Origin: Zygnema circumcarinatum SAG 698-1b
Lineage: Eukaryota; Plantae; Zygnematophyceae
NCBI GenBank assembly: GCA_037447605.1
Contig: CM074811.1
Span: 1,736,001 to 1,800,000 of the forward strand
Length of the DNA: 64,000 bases
Direction: 5' to 3'
Shown: positions 42,422-54,109 of the stretch, piece by piece
Position numbering within the stretch: position 1 is the first letter of the stretch
Layout: each line of letters begins with the position of its first letter
The notes under the pieces: model-generated
Database searches by the model: none
Told to the model about the DNA's origin: nothing
The model's input: only the letters and a program-made list of their open reading frames with translations
Made by a program: the position numbers and the translations under genes

Positions 42422-43921
42422 TCAGGATGATGGCCCCTCAGTGGATGCATGATGCGCCCTTGCTTGCGCCATTTGGGCAGCCCAAGACCCCGCCTTCGGA
42501 GCTCTTCTGGCTTTGAGACCCCCCATCTGAGACTCCACCTGGGCTTGCCAGCTCTTCATAGCCTCCGTCTGAAACCAAACCGCATTTCATCTAGCCGTGA
42601 AAACAAGGCTTAAGAGTAAAGAATAGACGCTACAGATTGGTACTAGTTATGTCGGGACTGATTGGATAGAGATCAGTGTAGATTGGAAGATGACTGAAAG
42701 TGGGAACTACAGCCAACCGTATAAAATTGCACAGGTAACTGAAGAACGTAAAGCACATCGACTATAGCAAATCTGTGAAACTCTCCTAAAAAACCCAAAA
42801 AAATCCTGAGCTTGACTTCTACACTCTTAACGTTCAGCAAAGTGGTATCCAAAACACACGGGCAAGAAATACACCCTTTATCCGACGAAAATTCAGAGAT
42901 ATTCGTGAGTTATGTCAAACCTACGCTTCCTGCCTTGTACTTACAAATGCAAGAAACCTCGAAAACTGCCAAGCATTGAATAAGTTGTTTCTGCAGTGGT
43001 TCTTTTTAGAAGAAAGGAAAGAAAGCCCATAGCTTTCAACCCTAATGCGAAAAATGCTTTGCCTTTGTGCTTGAGCTGTGGTTAAGAGTGCCACATGCAG
43101 GAAGCCTACCGGAGACAGATGAACGACCTAGATTTAAAGGCAAAGGTGAAAGGGGCATTAGACCTTGAAAATGAGCAAGAATATCAATATGAGATTAAAA
43201 TGGAGGACATTTTAATCTCATAAAAATCAAATTATACGAAAAATTGGCAGGTCGAGGGATGGTTACCGTCGTGTTATTTTGCAACCGTAGTAGCCATAAA
43301 TCGGTGATAAAATGCTGAAGCTAAGATATTTCTCAGCTTCACATACGGGGCAGGACCAGGAAAACCAGTCCAAGAAACCTGAACTTGTTTTCATCCCCTC
43401 CATGAAGTTTATGTTTTCAGAAAATTCCAGCATACCTGCTCTTCTGGAGAGGACCACCGTGCCTGAGTTTCCCATGGCCGCCTCCTTTGCTGCCATGGCC
43501 GCCGCCTCCCAAGGCCCTCCCCTCTCCTTACCCTCCCGGGATTCATCATCTCGTAGTCATACAGGGCTCGCTGAGCAGGGTCTGACAACGTTTCGTAGGC
43601 CTGCTGGACCTCTATGAACCGGCGCGTGCACTCTTCCGGAGTTAGACCGTCGCCCCTACACACATCAGGATGGTATCTGCGTGCAAGCTGCCTGTATGCC
43701 ACCTTTATCTCCGACGTCTTCACAGTCCGAGAGAGACCAAGGAGAGAATAAAAGCAGCTTCCAGACACAGCTTCTTCATCCGACGACCGAGGCGCACTCT
43801 CTGTCTCCACAAATGCCGCTTTTGTGCGAATGCCGCACCGCTGCGCAGAACCGGCCCGGGGCCTTGCAGACGTTACAGCAACAGTGCAGAAGCAGAACTG
43901 CGACGCCGACGCTGCCAACAT
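42422..43921 (-). CDS. J20: Small chloroplast DnaJ protein, J20-like, 2 exons, ~210 aa
   Basis: Exons 43436-43921 and 42422-42568. Ser/Ala/Arg-rich transit-like N-terminus; J domain FYSLLGL..EIKVAYRQLARRYHPDVC..FIEVQQAYETLSDP.QRALYD with HPD; C-terminal WQAQVESQMGGLKARR..SWAAQM resembles the J20 tail. Confidence 0.85.
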
Positions 43922-44302
43922 TGCTTGCTATCCCAGGGACCTCCAAAGCTGCAAGCTCTGTGGCTCCTTCCTCTCCCCCCACACCCCAAAGCCGCCCCAC
44001 AACCCTTCCCGGCCTCCAAGCTGCGCCCCTCTCCCAACCTTTCCTGCAAGCAAGCAGAAAAATTTCCCCTTGATTCTTTACCCTTTTTTCTGCAGGCAGA
44101 CAACCAACCTCTGAGACTCCCTCCCCTAAACAGCAAGGGGAGGTCTTGGCACGGACGATGTGATCGACGGTACAAAATTCCCGCGCTCTCTGCGCCGTCC
44201 GATCCTTTTCAAAAGATCGCGCAGGGCCGTCCAGAGCCGCAGGGGCCCCTCGGAAAGATCTCGCCAGCTCAGCATCCGCCGGGATTTCCGAGCGCCGTCG
44301 GC

Positions 44303-44793
44303 GCGCCACGTGGCGCCACGCATGCATGCCAGATAAATCAGCGCGGCGGCCCAGTGGGCCACGTCATCACTGCAACGACAGGTCCATAGAACGGGTCACC
44401 GTGTTCTGTTCCATAAATACGTTCACATGCGCTGCAAGCATGTGTGCCACGTGGCACGATGAGAAGGACGCTGACGTGGCAAATCCGTTGCAGTGCTGGC
44501 GTGGCGCGGGTGAGGCGACGCCGCATCGGGCCAAAGCGGATTCGGACATTTTTCCGTACGGATTATACGGCGACTACATCGCAATGCATCTTGTTATCGT
44601 ATCGTAATTTGTCGTACTGTATCGGGATAAAAATACTGGGTGCGTCGGCCGATACCATATTTCAGTCGACGGGAAGTCGACCACGTTGTACTGCTATAAT
44701 ATCGGCAGTCAACTGAACTATATGATGTATCATATCGTATCGTATGGACGCGGTGTACGAAGTAATAATTCGAATTCCTTGACAGCCACGTGG
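44303..44793. promoter_or_regulatory. G-box/ABRE cluster plus RY element upstream of the J20-like gene
   Basis: GCCACGTGGC at 44305 and 44446 (both inside 14-bp palindromes), GCCACGTC at 44358, GACGTGGC at 44473, GCCACGTGG at 44785; GCATGCATGC at 44320. Confidence 0.6.
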
Positions 44794-44944
44794 TGGCGCG
44801 CGATTAGAAATGGGTCGTCCGTTAGTCAACCCCGCCCTGCAAAAATTGACTAGTCATCGGTTTTTCGTTGACCTTGGGCCATTGACTTCACACTGTTGAT
44901 AGTGGACTTCACATCCCGTTGACCGTTGACTGATTTCGTTGACC
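44707..44944. promoter_or_regulatory. W-box (TTGACY) cluster
   Basis: TTGACY on either strand at 44707, 44824, 44846, 44868, 44882, 44919, 44926, 44939; four are in the extended CGTTGACY context. Confidence 0.65.
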
Positions 44945-45227
44945 CCGCCCCACCCGTCTCCGGAATTCCTCCCAAGTCCAAACTCCATCGTGGATTCATG
45001 GCCCCGTAGCCGCCCGCCCGATCGTACGGTCACGCGGTTCCGCGAAAGCGCAAGACCACGGCGGCAACGCGCCCTTGTCCGTACGAATGTGTACGGCTGG
45101 TGCGAACCAGGATCCGTACAGCGCGTGGTTTCCAGGGGAGGGGGCGCCGGCTGAAAGGGACAGAGGGGACGGCGGGCAGAAAGTAAGCGGCCAGGGGAGG
45201 GCAGAAGAGGGGAGCGGAGGGGGCGTC

Positions 45228-45809
45228 ATGAGGACGAGGCCGGAGGGGGTGGAGTACTTGTTGGCGCGGAGGATGCAAGCCTCGGGGGGGAGGAGGAGGA
45301 GGGAGCCTCTGCCGGCCTGCGCGGGCTACTTCAGGGCGCAGGTAGGGAAGGAGGGGATGGCTGCGGCGGAGAGGGCAGGGAGTGCGGGGTTGAAGGAGCA
45401 AGGAGGAGATGCAGAAGTTGAAGCGTGTGGATTTTTGGCGTTGGAGGAGGATATCTGTAGAGATTGGAGTTGCAGCGTGGGTGAGATAGGCAATGGCGCT
45501 GCATGTGGCGAGCCAGCTGTTTCATCCTGTGAGAGCAAGGCACCTGCGATCGAAGCTGCGTCAAGGGAGCATGGAGGAGCTTCAAATATTGCAGCAGGGC
45601 AGTGCTGGATGAACCGGGGGGAATACGCGGTTTCAGAATCACGAGTGGAAGTTGTAACTATTTCCTGCGATGATGATGCGTGCCAGTGCCTCGACTGCCA
45701 GCCTTGCTCGAGCGCCTGCTGCCAAGGCAGTCCTGCAAACATCCGCTACAACTTCATCCGCCTTTTTCCAGCTGCAAGCCCGTCACGTGGCCACAACCTG
45801 GACAGATGA
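45228..45809 (+). CDS. Hypothetical 193-aa protein with Cys-rich C-terminal segment (orphan candidate)
   Basis: Single open frame from ATG 45228 to TGA 45807-45809, GC-rich 5' end downstream of a promoter-like region, containing CDDDACQCLDCQPCSSACC. No family recognised. Confidence 0.4.
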   Translation: MRTRPEGVEYLLARRMQASGGRRRREPLPACAGYFRAQVGKEGMAAAERAGSAGLKEQGGDAEVEACGFLALEEDICRDWSCSVGEIGNGAACGEPAVSSCESKAPAIEAASREHGGASNIAAGQCWMNRGEYAVSESRVEVVTISCDDDACQCLDCQPCSSACCQGSPANIRYNFIRLFPAASPSRGHNLDR

Positions 45810-46871
45810 GCCAATCGAGCATCACTTCGCTGATGAGAATCAGTAGAGTCGATGATTCATGTGAATATGTCATTGGATGTGATTGTGCTGTGACTCCCCG
45901 CCTATTATTTATAGGAAGACAAGTAGAGTAGTTTTCTGAAGAGAGGGAATGCGTTCACTGGAAGAGAGGTTAGGCAGGCTCGCCCTTCACAGGTCAGTCA
46001 GTGTTCAATCATATTCACTGTTTCTCCTCTACTTTTTCATGTACATTAATCGGCCTATTTCAGATAGGCTTGTCTTCGGACTACATCTGTGTCCCTTGGC
46101 GCTAAAGGCGCATAGAAGCACTCGCTTTCGCGTTGCCTTGAACCTCGTGGCTCTACTCCTAATGAAGGGCGACTTGTGAATGCGGAATTAAAAATTCCTG
46201 TACATTATGTGGCTAATCTTTCTGCTTCTTGTTGATACTTTTATGTCTCACATTCAATCCAACCAACTCGGACACATCCTCCTCTCCTTTAATACAAAAG
46301 CGCTGATCTAGATAAATTGTAGGTATGCTGCAAGAGGGACAGCTTGACACCTGGTCATAATCTCATGTTTCTCGCCTTTGATCCTCCTGAAAACATTTTT
46401 CCCGTTTTTCTTCGACAATCTTTCAGGACAAATTTGAGAAGGCTATTCAACTCCCGTGAAAATCTTGTTGAACGGCCAACAAATCTTAGACCATGTCGTG
46501 CATCAAGTGGAATGTGAAGTCTGAGGAGTGTAATAACCAAGGAGGCGAGCAAGCCATTGATACTGCAGATCAACTCAAGCTGCGTCATGCCCAATCCGTG
46601 GAATCAGTGCAGGATAGGTTGGACCTCTCCTGACATGCACCATGCAATGCCATGCCATGTCATGGTTTGCCTTCTCACAGCCTGAGGAGTCGCAAGCCAA
46701 AACCGTCTGCGGCACCGGCGAGGACGCATCCTTTGGTAACAATCACATTCATCTGACTAAGCAATTGACAAGACGCATAATACCATTAGAGAAGAGAAGT
46801 CCAGATGAAGCTGGAAAGTATGGCTAGTGTGAACAGGAGAGGAGTTGCCACCCGCCAACACTTCTCCGCGG

Positions 46872-49800
46872 TTACAAAAACTCCTTTTGGATGACGTCTC
46901 GCAAGATTTCCAACTTCACAATGATGTTTGGATTCATCATCTTCTGCGCCTCCTTGATGAGAGAGCCCTCTCGGTTGGTGTAGTACGCATCGAGCACATG
47001 CTTGATCCATTTGTGAAGTACTTCTGGAGTTCTGCTCCCCCTCGCACCAGAAAAGCAGGAACAATTAATCATTCGAGAGAAGCACTCAAAGCAAACCGCC
47101 TGCCCCTTTCACATGAACGCCAGCAATTTTCCCTTCTTTAAGCAATCCCAACAAGGGCACGTGCAGGCTGAGCAGCCCCTCAACCGGCAGCAGATGAAGG
47201 GCAATGCAAGCGGAATCCTATCCTATCCTTCAAGGCACCTTCCCCTCCAGTCAAAAGACACATAGCTGGCTCAATCAACCTCTTCTTTCCAAACAGAAAA
47301 ACAAACCAGCTGTTCCTTACGTGTAAAGGTAGTCGATGTCTTTGCCCTCCATCTCATCTCCAGGGGAGAAGGCCGCAGTGAGCGCAGCAAACTGCTGCCG
47401 CGGATCCTCCATAGTGATGAGATGGCGCATGATTCGAACCTCCACGGGAATGAGGCGCTGAAGATTGCCTCTTGCTTGCATGTACAGATGATACATCACG
47501 TCTTTCACCTGCACACGTCATCAGAATAGATGCAGCCAAGTTCAGACACATGCCAGTCCAGCAGAGGACATTGCAGTCTAGTTGAACCAAGACACTAAAC
47601 GCGAACTGCGAGAAACATTGGAAGTAAACGGAGAAATAACGTGGCGGGAAACAGGCGCAAAGCACAATCTCTGTTAACAAATGAGCTGCACACGGACTCT
47701 TTGATTTTCTTCACTACGCCGCCGACTAAAAGGATACGAAACTGGGTCGAGTATGAAACTTTTGTTTTCCTTCCATAATAAGCATGGACATGAGATAAGC
47801 GATGTGCATTCGCCAGCCCAAGATAGGATGCATATCAAGATGCGAAGCATAAGTAAAGGTCCGCAGGGCTCCTCTTCTTCCAGCGACAACTCTTCGGCTG
47901 CTGAACTCTCACATACAAGCCTGAGCCTCCCAAATATACACTGACCTCATCCTTCATCATAGTGGACTCTTTGGCTGCAGCCCACGCCTTGGTGATGAGC
48001 AGCATGAGGGTAGAATCAAGCTGGTTCTTCTCAGCGAGCTCGTCTATTTTCCTGCAAGCGTCGTCTAAGGAGGGAGACTGCAGAATCTCAGAAAATCTTT
48101 CCTCTGCAGTTATTACGGACAACTCGTCCTCCATCGCTTTGTCGTACGTGTTGATCGCTGTCACACAGCGAGCCGCAAGAGCAGCAAGTTCTGCGTCCAG
48201 AGTCGAAACTTCCACACTCAGTGCCTTATCAATTCTTGCCAAAACAAATGCATATTATTTAAAGAACATTCCAAGAACATGCAGAGAACCAGAAACAGCA
48301 CGACAAACAGGACCATCCCATGTCGTCTTCAAATCACACAACCACTCGAGCTATTACAGTAGGCACAGAGTAACTCGCAAGACGTATTAATGGCGCGCAT
48401 CAACAGCTACTGCCCGCTCCTCTACCATGGTTGCTATCCACTTCAAGATAGAAGCAAGGAGTAAGCAAGGAAGAACATCCAGTATGCGTCAAGTATCTCG
48501 TCTCAACAACACCCTCAAAACACAAGTTCCAAGTGAAGTGGGTGAAGACAGAGCACAGATCGACAAGGCAGAAGAGCTCACCATCTCGCCTCTCAGGGTT
48601 TTTCTGACTTGCGTTACACAGAAGTTGCAGGTGCTCGAAAAAATCGCCCGTGAAGTCTTTCCGCCGCCTGCTAATAACTGCATCAATGTCCTCCTGATTC
48701 TCTTCAATGTAACGGAGCAGGTTATTGTGTCGCTCCATGTCGTCATCAACCTGCAGAGAGCAGGGGCACAAAAAGGCTTTCAGAATGGTACGTATGATGA
48801 GAAGGGAATGGAGAAAACTTAAGAAAAAAACAATGAAAGTAAAAGGCTTGCACAATTCATGAATGAAGTGGGGCTTGAAACCAAATTCCGAGCACAAGAC
48901 CTTTGTCCAAACAAAATGAATGCATTAATGTCCTTCATGCGCTTAATGAGTGTTTGAGGGGAGTACGGAATTATGCATACCTTGCACTCAAATAACCTTG
49001 ACAAAATCAACCTCAGTAGATAAAAATCTGCTCAGACGACTCCGACTCGCAAGGGAAGGGCTGAACATTACTAGACGAATGATCACGTTGAAACAAACTG
49101 CTCAGAAGAGAATCGCATAAAGAGGAAAGAGCAAACTCCTCCACACAACGTACCTCCTTCAACCTTCTTGCAAGTCTGAATAAGGTCTCCTTCTTCTTCG
49201 GATCCTCCATTGCTGCCGCCCTTTCCTTACACCGCTTGAAGAAGTGCGGCCTTATGCGAACCCATTCTTCACTATACGCCAATAGCTTTCTCCACTCCTC
49301 AGGATCAGGCCGGTCGATCCAGAACACCTCTACCAACTTGTCGCATACTCGAACCATCTTATAGCCCTTCTCAAACTCCAACTCTTCATCAACCTCAGCC
49401 GCAATTGTGTCTCCCTCTTCATCACTTCCTCTCCCTTCATCGGCATCGCTACGCACTACCTCCTCCCTTTTGTCATCGTCAGCAGCGATCCCCCCCTCTT
49501 GTTGCTCTCTCTCTGCATCAACGCTCGATCTGAAAACCTCACTTTTGTCCACTGATGATATCCCTGCACCTGAAGCCGATTCATCCCGTCCTGTTTGTGG
49601 AGACTCAAGCGGTACTGCCGCATCTGTAGCGGGCCATGGGCGGGCCCTCTGATCAGCAGAGGAAACGGAGAGCTCCTTGGCAGTGGCCATAGGAGTGATG
49701 TCTCTTCTTCCTGCGGCAGCCACATCACACTAATCAGTCAAATACATATAGAGAGTACGAAGTCACGAGCACGTGACTAAGTATGCTAGGTTTAAATGCA

Positions 49801-50505
49801 TCAAGCATTCCCGTTAAGGAGAACCAAATGGCCAGCTGACTGACGATCATCGGCAAAATTGGGACCACCAGGCCACCTATCGGCACCAATCGACCCTCAA
49901 AAGCAGCAGATACTAAATTATTCATTTCCAATAAAAAGGAAACATAGTAAAGTGAAGTGTTTAAAAAAAATAAAGAGGCAGCCCTCTCATCAAATGAAAG
50001 AATGTAAGCCAAAACCTCAGACAGAGAAGCCCACAAAATTCCACAAAGAGGCAATTTGGAATGATTTTTTCAATCCTTGATTTAATTTCATAGTCCTTCA
50101 CGCAACCTCTTTCCGTCATAAGCCCAGCACCTGGAAGCAAATAACTCTACACACTTACCTACTAGCCGCTAATTTATGACTTCCAATTACCAAATCCTTG
50201 AGCCAAAGAGAGAAAATAGGACAATTCGTCATTCTTCACGATAGCGAGGAAAGCAAACATCTTCATGACAGGCTGCAAGCAGGCATAACGAAAGAGTTCT
50301 CACCCCGAATCCGCGCATGTCTCCCTGCAGTCGGAGCCGATATAAAGCTATGCCCACCAGAGCTCCTCATTCCTTCCCTTAATGCCCTTCTCTCAGGCAA
50401 AGCCACTCGCTCCCCTGCATCCGCCTGCACGGGGTGTGGGCTTGCCACAGAGGTCACCCCGCGGGAGAGCACGAGCATATTCCCGAACTGACGCAGGGCC
50501 GCCAT
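46872..50505 (-). CDS. CDB1L: Plastid/organelle protein of the At1g36320/At4g37920 (CDB1L/CDB1) family
   Basis: Confident exons 49154-49729, 48582-48750, 47946-48190, 47321-47508, 46872-47031. First exon from ATG 50505; its donor and any extra transit-peptide exon are uncertain. Peptides GYKMVRVCDKLVEVF, RRKDFTGDFFEHL, SPSLDDACRKIDELAEKNQLDS, YHLYMQARGNLQRL, REGSLIKEA match the At1g36320-type branch. Confidence 0.85.
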
Positions 50506-50998
50506 GGCGGAAACCCTCCTGGTTTCCTCCCGGACCTATCCCTTTCAAGCTTGAGGGAGAGAAGAGGGAGAGGGAGGAGGCCGAGAGAGAGAGAGAGAGG
50601 GGGCAAGAGGAAGGGGAGAGGCCTTCCAGAGAGCGCTGAGGGCGGGCCCATAGTGAAGCTCCTATACGAGTAACCCGAGAGCCAATCACGGATTACCACG
50701 TCGTCAAAAATGACCACGTGGCATGTTGTGATTTGTACCTCTAGAAAAGTACCCTCCAAGGAGTCCAACGGTTCCACCGAATTAGGGCTTACGTGGCGCG
50801 CCATGAGCGGTCGAATTCAAGTAAGAACTACAAGCTATAAGCGAAGTGGACGCTGGACTCGGGAGGTCGTTGAAGGCGGAGAGGGAGAGTGAGAGGCGGC
50901 GAAAGTGGGAGGGAGGCGCTGCTGCTGCAGCTGGAGAGGTCGCTGCTGCAGCTGGAGAGGTCGCTGCTGCAGCTGGAGAGGTCGCTGCTGCAGGCGCC
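50506..50998. promoter_or_regulatory. Compact bidirectional promoter CDB1L(-)/ESS2(+)
   Basis: 493 bp between ATGs. Site II GGGCCCA at 50644, CCAAT at ~50682, G-box CCACGTGG at 50714, MSA-like TCCAACGGTT at 50764, ABRE ACGTGGC at 50791. Confidence 0.6.
50921..50993 (+). repeat. 21-bp tandem repeat x3.5 (GCTGCTGCAGCTGGAGAGGTC) just upstream of the ESS2 ATG
   Basis: Units start at 50921, 50942, 50963, with a partial unit at 50984. Confidence 0.93.
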
Positions 50999-52567
50999 AT
51001 GTTGGCCTCTCCGGGGCACTCGCCGCGCCACGTGGCGCCGCTTTCTTCTCCCGCAGGCCGCGATGGCAGCAAGGCGCTCCGCTCAAGCACAGGCGCGGCT
51101 CTCATGGGACCGCCTCCCCCGAAGCGGGCGCGCAGGTCCGTAGTTCTTGACGAGGATGTATATGTCGCCGCCATAGAAAAAATCGTGGTGCGCGACTTCT
51201 TCCCTGATATCCCTAAATTGCAGAACCGCCTGGAGTGGCTAGAGGCTGTTAGGTCAGGAGACCCTGCGGTTATAAGGGAAGCGCAGCTGCGTATTATTAA
51301 AAGGAAGGCGGAGAGGGCGAGAGATGCGACGCCGTCTGTCGCTGGAACGCCTGGAAGCGTGATACAGACGCCCGGCAGTTTAGCAGTGGGAGCCAGTCCC
51401 GCAGTCAGCTTAAGGGCGCAAGATTTAGGGTTAGGGTCTGGAGGAATGGAGGGCGATTCGATCTTGCCGGACACTGCGCTTTGTTTGGACGATTTTCTGA
51501 GGAAGTACACCAGTGAAGATAATGCGTCGTTTGCAGAGATTAAGGAACGCGATGACCACAAACGACTTGTAAAAGTAGAGAGGCAGTTGGCACCGGCGCA
51601 GGTAGCGGAGGAGCTGAAGTTGTTGTCTGGGAAAGATGGTGACGGTGAGAGGGGTACAGATGGCTATGGAACGTCAGGCCAGACATGCGGAAGCCTTATC
51701 TCTTGGGATTACAGAGGCCGGAGCTTGCTGATGTATGATTCTTCTAACAGACCTGATGCTCCTCTCACACAGCAAGAGCTGGATGACCGCACAAAGGGCC
51801 CTCCGAAGGAAGTTGTGAAGCGCAATACCAGGTTCCATGGAAAGGTCTTCGAGGGGCGTCCTATGGAAGAAGAGACGGTAGCCATATTGTACACTCCTGT
51901 AGCGGGAGCGACGCCTGTTGCTTTTGCAGAGCGAGATGCAGCCAGGGCGCGGCAGCACTATGATTTGGAAGATCTTCGCCGAACACCACGAGGAGGGGAG
52001 GGGAGCGGTTCCGGTTACAGCCTTGTGCACACGCCCTCTCCGGCCGTAGGAGTGGATGAGTCACCGTTCATGACTTGGGGAGAAATCGAGGGAACTCCCA
52101 TTAGGTTGGAATCTGAGGATACGCCGATTGGCATTGGTGGAAGCGCTGACGGACCGCACTTCAAGATTCCAGCTCAGCCTGCAAGAGATGAAGCGGCTCA
52201 CACAATGTCAAGATCAGCTGCTCGGAGTTTGAGGGAGCGTAATAAGTTGCAACCTGGAGTGTTAGCATCCTCTCCTGCTAGAACCTCAGGGACACCTACT
52301 CGGAGGGCCGCAGCTGTTACTCCGACAGTAGGAGGGCTTTCGGCTGCAGCTCAGAAGCTTGTTAGCAAGGCTCTCAAGAGGAGTACCGCATCTATGGATC
52401 CTAATCTTCGGGCAAGCTATGGAGGCCTGACACCTGGCAGATCCCCGTCAACTAACCGTCATAGAGATAGCTCTCTGCCGCTAAGGTCACCTTCAGCATC
52501 TCCGAGTCTGCAGACTGCAATTGGGGTGGGAAGGGGACCCACTCCGTCACCAGTTGTAGGCAAATGA
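50999..52567 (+). CDS. ESS2: Splicing factor ESS-2/DGCR14 homolog, intronless, ~522 aa
   Basis: MLASPGHSPR start as in the plant protein; VLDEDVYVAAIEKIVVRDFFPDIPKL, LDDFLRKYTSEDNASF, NTRFHGK, SPFMTWGEIEGTPIRL, FKIPAQPARD, LRASY motifs. Confidence 0.93.
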   Translation: MLASPGHSPRHVAPLSSPAGRDGSKALRSSTGAALMGPPPPKRARRSVVLDEDVYVAAIEKIVVRDFFPDIPKLQNRLEWLEAVRSGDPAVIREAQLRIIKRKAERARDATPSVAGTPGSVIQTPGSLAVGASPAVSLRAQDLGLGSGGMEGDSILPDTALCLDDFLRKYTSEDNASFAEIKERDDHKRLVKVERQLAPAQVAEELKLLSGKDGDGERGTDGYGTSGQTCGSLISWDYRGRSLLMYDSSNRPDAPLTQQELDDRTKGPPKEVVKRNTRFHGKVFEGRPMEEETVAILYTPVAGATPVAFAERDAARARQHYDLEDLRRTPRGGEGSGSGYSLVHTPSPAVGVDESPFMTWGEIEGTPIRLESEDTPIGIGGSADGPHFKIPAQPARDEAAHTMSRSAARSLRERNKLQPGVLASSPARTSGTPTRRAAAVTPTVGGLSAAAQKLVSKALKRSTASMDPNLRASYGGLTPGRSPSTNRHRDSSLPLRSPSASPSLQTAIGVGRGPTPSPVVGK

Positions 52568-53989
52568 TGAGATTATTTGTACTAATTTGTACAGCATACC
52601 TGCAGCACAAGCAAGGCGCTAAATGCCAAAAAGTGACAAGAGACCTGTCCATTGACAAACAACCATTGGAGCTGCAAGCGTCCTCTGTGATGGCTGTGAA
52701 AGGACATTTTGGTGACTGAATCTAGTCTTTTCGCGCATTCTGAAGTAGGTGAATGGGAAGATTTGAGGTCTCAACATCTTCCCCTTTTTGAACCGTAAGG
52801 TCGTCGTTGCTTGATGCGGCAGCGAATGTAGATGTATGGCTCCCTTTGTCGCGCTCTTAGAACCTTTGTACAACCCAAGAACGAGTTTGAGGATTTACAG
52901 CATGGCCGTGCCGTTTACTGTGGTTTATCCAGTTCGATTTAGTGGATGCGCAAATACTGCTCCATGTTCCGAGATCTTCACTTTTGGTGTCCATTCTCTG
53001 TGCATTATTAGTAACTCTATCTGGATCACCCAAGACTATTTTTTCAGATTATACCTGTCGTTGTTTTCGCAGGTGATTGCAGGCATGCTTGAAATGCTGT
53101 CATGCTTAAAACTGTTGTGCTTAAAGCTGAACACTTACTTTAACTTAAGGAATGCGTAGCCAACTGATCTATTGGCCCCGCATTGGTTTTTGCTCTAATG
53201 TAAATGTTCTTTCGACTGCGGCTCTTGGAGCGCTTTCTTGGTTTTGCCATCCTGACACTTCATCGATTGTCCCTCGCTCTAGGAGCATGTACCTGCAGTT
53301 GACCCATCCAAAGGAGGGCTAAGGTCTCCTCCCGTCTGCAAACCACACCCTAAACAGCGATGGGCTGCTTAGTGAACATGAAGGCAGGCTGCAGAGTAAG
53401 CTGCTGCATGGCAGTAATGTATTGGCAGCAGGCAACGCAGGGCGTGTCATAGTACTTGATCTTCTTTTGCTTCTTTTTCTTCTTTTACACGTACACTGGG
53501 ATCTGTTGGACGAGTGGGCATTCCTCAAACATGGCTTAGAACTGAGGGCGTGACATGGGTGACAGGATGTGCAGGTGAGGTCCCCTGCCGCAGCAGCGAA
53601 TGGACTGTCGTTTTTGTGCCCACCTTCCTGTTGCTGTACTGGTCAGAGCACATGCGGGTCATGGAGGGTATTTAGGGTTTTTAGGGTTGGTCCCTCTATT
53701 ACTGAAGCAACAAGCACACAGTTTATGTTTTTTTAGGACATTTCCTTATTTTCCTTTTGTCAAACATAAAGAAAGTTCATTTGCGACCTGCTCTGCTCGC
53801 AGCTTCTTGAAATGAATAGGAATGAATAGCTCTCGCCAACTTGTGCTGTGAAGTAGAATGCTGTCCTACAGCTAGAACAAAAGAACATTCAGAAGCTATG
53901 AATTTTTCATGGCTAGAGCATGCATGCACTCCCAACGTCATGCCACCGCAACAACAACAACAACAAAAGTCCGTCCTAGCTACAGTATA

Positions 53990-54109
53990 GTACTGTACTG
54001 TACAGTACCGTTGCCGTACATCGTCACGCCACATCACGTCACGTCACGATTCCAGACCTGCGATTGGCCGCTGGATTCCGTACGGTACGGTTGCACTTTC
54101 ACACGTGGC
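53990..54109. promoter_or_regulatory. GTAC-core (SBP/CuRE-like) cluster and G-box upstream of the methyltransferase
   Basis: Seven GTAC at 53990, 53995, 54000, 54005, 54016, 54080, 54085; CACGTGGC at 54102. Confidence 0.4.

Noticed and set aside
43670-44389. 239-aa + strand ORF and overlapping ORFs
   Set aside because: Antisense to J20 exon 1 and its GC-rich promoter; no recognisable domain.
52570-53900. Short ORFs and splice-like signals between ESS2 and the methyltransferase
   Set aside because: No frame-consistent model with recognisable protein features could be built.
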